Below are positions 63,801 to 64,000 of a DNA stretch of 64,000 nucleotides, in pieces. Position 1 is the first letter of the stretch. Every line of letters begins with the position of its first letter. The notes under the pieces were generated by a model. It worked only from the letters and a program-made list of their open reading frames with translations. It ran no database searches and was not told the origin of the DNA. The stretch lies in assembly GCA_017513185.1 (NCBI GenBank), contig JAFXGL010000008.1:97323-161322 (forward strand). Direction: 5' to 3'. The translations under genes and the position numbers were made by a program. Source of the DNA: Candidatus Saccharimonadota bacterium. GTDB taxonomy: Bacteria > Patescibacteriota > Saccharimonadia > Saccharimonadales > Saccharimonadaceae.

Positions 63801-63829
63801 ACCGCAAACGCGAAATGTTAGTGGTTTAA
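60821..63829 (+). CDS. Large (1002 aa) membrane protein with an N-terminal Ala/Gly/Thr tract; family not recognised
   Basis: Charged N-terminus, an approx. 85-aa A/G/T tract, an acidic stretch, TM helices FFVVGIIGICAPLLFLTAAILYPV, and a large C-terminal region sharing blocks with the 43941 product. Confidence 0.65.
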   Translation: MSEPNEEQKKARAAKRELAAAEKASSDRKKKATVAGAAIVATVATAGAAAPAAGAAAGGAAAGTAGAAGTAGAGAAAAGEAAGATAGAAGTAGAAGETAGAAQTANAASKSADAAQKLKNAEEKAKKFKENYDKVKDKVDKIEDLSGGEEEVEDEDESEEEQTAQPIATPKKKRSKIATFFVVGIIGICAPLLFLTAAILYPVHLAVTIGDKVVTFFTTIFEKAKNVFCELLGIGSVPDATAETFEEYGIEIGAITETGAFIQTNRVIASGKEYQIAASDGTVVRAESGELSVRFKDKVISADQLENELETNPEFYQAFYNAIDDCRKKHDVTSEDNSVKKAAYDDLNIGLDPYAALEESEIEDPQAAFEEIFTSLLDGTATSTTIGTVNYGSAGENEEPLPQGDTSNAGLQAEEYIREIAKKTTADGGDTKKATEKAAALLNAAVSANEPYYAARAYAGIMEAIDLNKPGQTGSGPVNEAMNLLSTETESQTIDIDTGKNKSVTGSAVNSPNLSAVTYNSEYSKETAEGYSRDRAMFVSSVEIAKKYPENGEDCVKINDVYNATNNTIVAISNALEKFWRWIVSIISGRAEADADLLVDATKDSISTAVFSKPSETTVGEALGERLVEGAAYYNTMVSREVGGSTASDKNAIAVYNKMVTDSIAQKAKADRATKSPFDASSPYTFLGSIVNSLQPIVKNTGSVVSKVSSLNNLTAKSVARITTGAYAEGNEETYQMQNGNCSTENSIGGEGDIYCNEAPSFDPSTFSMTLTDLQDKIAGDLDERKRIKDGTDAARYLILHTERESTPGVKDATVCEAIAKEIYRPSILESIWNFFAGSPDIASICSRPEVKDYATGKEYANTAENANWNTKYKYYQGYTLEVYVMDLFGYYSEICDEENPVVAYKNEYYTKHPKDNSPEGILARRTGMTKDEVIAGIEAVRYLAYLNNYDPATRYAFGGAPELRPLHFEDDGAVIATTFADEKRRIVYADRRNRKREMLVV
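60917..61175 (+). repeat. Low-complexity GCN/GGN-rich coding tract (Ala/Gly/Thr)
   Basis: Translates to ATVAGAAIVATVATAGAAAPAAGAAAGGAAAGTAGAAGTAGAGAAAAGEAAGATAGAAGTAGAAGETAGAAQTANAAS. Confidence 0.8.
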
Positions 63830-63861
63830 AAATTAAAAAGGGTGTATAATTAAAAAAGGAT

Positions 63862-64000
63862 ATGGTTAAAACTAACAAGAAAAAGCATCTGAAAATAGTT
63901 TCTGTTATTTTGTCGCTTTGTTTGTTGTTTGCCGCCGTCATCCCGACTGCTAATGCTTCGGCCACTGGTAGCTTTGACAGCTCTTGTGCTGGCCCGGCTG
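63862..64000 (+). CDS. Secreted protein, N-terminal fragment (runs off the window)
   Basis: MVKTNKKKHLKIVSVILSLCLLFAAVIPTANASA signal peptide. TGTATAAT at 63843-63850 and AAGGA upstream. Confidence 0.5.
   Translation, partial: MVKTNKKKHLKIVSVILSLCLLFAAVIPTANASATGSFDSSCAGPA

Noticed and set aside
1-64000. Alternative genetic code (UGA recoding as in some CPR lineages), CRISPR arrays, or rRNA genes.
   Set aside because: Conserved genes translate uninterrupted with the standard code, and TGA terminates well-defined genes (for example 9724-9726 and 26293-26295). No spaced direct-repeat array or rRNA-like sequence was seen on reading the window.

Overview
This is a compact, almost fully coding 64-kb window read with the standard genetic code; TGA is used as a stop. 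It holds about 50 CDS and 3 tRNAs (Lys-UUU, Val-GAC, Leu-UAG). I saw no rRNA, CRISPR array, transposase, integrase or phage structural genes.

The gene content and architecture look like a reduced monoderm genome. A Patescibacteria/CPR organism, possibly Saccharibacteria-like, fits best, but that is inference only. The supporting observations are gatCAB, anaerobic nrdDG, xPxTG sorting signals, a short AlaRS, many surface proteins and very short intergenic spacers.

The housekeeping backbone recognised from motifs is: typA, mnmA plus a cysteine desulfurase, tatD, alaS, an ftsA-like gene, a pseudouridine synthase, obg, uvrB, gatC-gatA-gatB, ung, dCMP deaminase, a P-type ATPase, nrdD-nrdG (with tandem NrdR boxes), trmD, recG and rsmD.

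The accessory and unusual content is as follows.
1. A Csc/WxL-like surface-protein cluster lies at 855-6487.
2. A translationally coupled module at 58744-63829 encodes a secreted lysozyme-like plus papain-like wall hydrolase, a small bitopic membrane protein, and a 1002-aa membrane protein with an Ala/Gly tract. A second hydrolase-plus-small-protein copy lies at 6828-8989, and an orphan paralog of the large protein lies at 43941-46619. This is my best candidate for an undescribed envelope or host-attack system.
3. A 1442-aa membrane-anchored protein has about 10 Cys-pair repeats and a C-terminal lethal-factor-like (M34-type) HEXXH...EFFAE protease.
4. Two secreted proteins end in an identical IPKAPNTG tag with no membrane anchor.
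5. There is a RuvX-MltG fusion.
6. A kinase/regulator pair both carry long Pro/Ala tails.
7. A TM protein with an RNxxxH (HEPN-like) motif is inserted in gatCAB.
8. A promoter-to-terminator candidate small RNA lies upstream of the giant gene.
9. Extended -10 (TGnTATAAT) promoters sit 6-10 nt from start codons throughout the window, implying many leaderless mRNAs.

All family assignments come from motifs read by eye. No searches, alignments or folds were computed.
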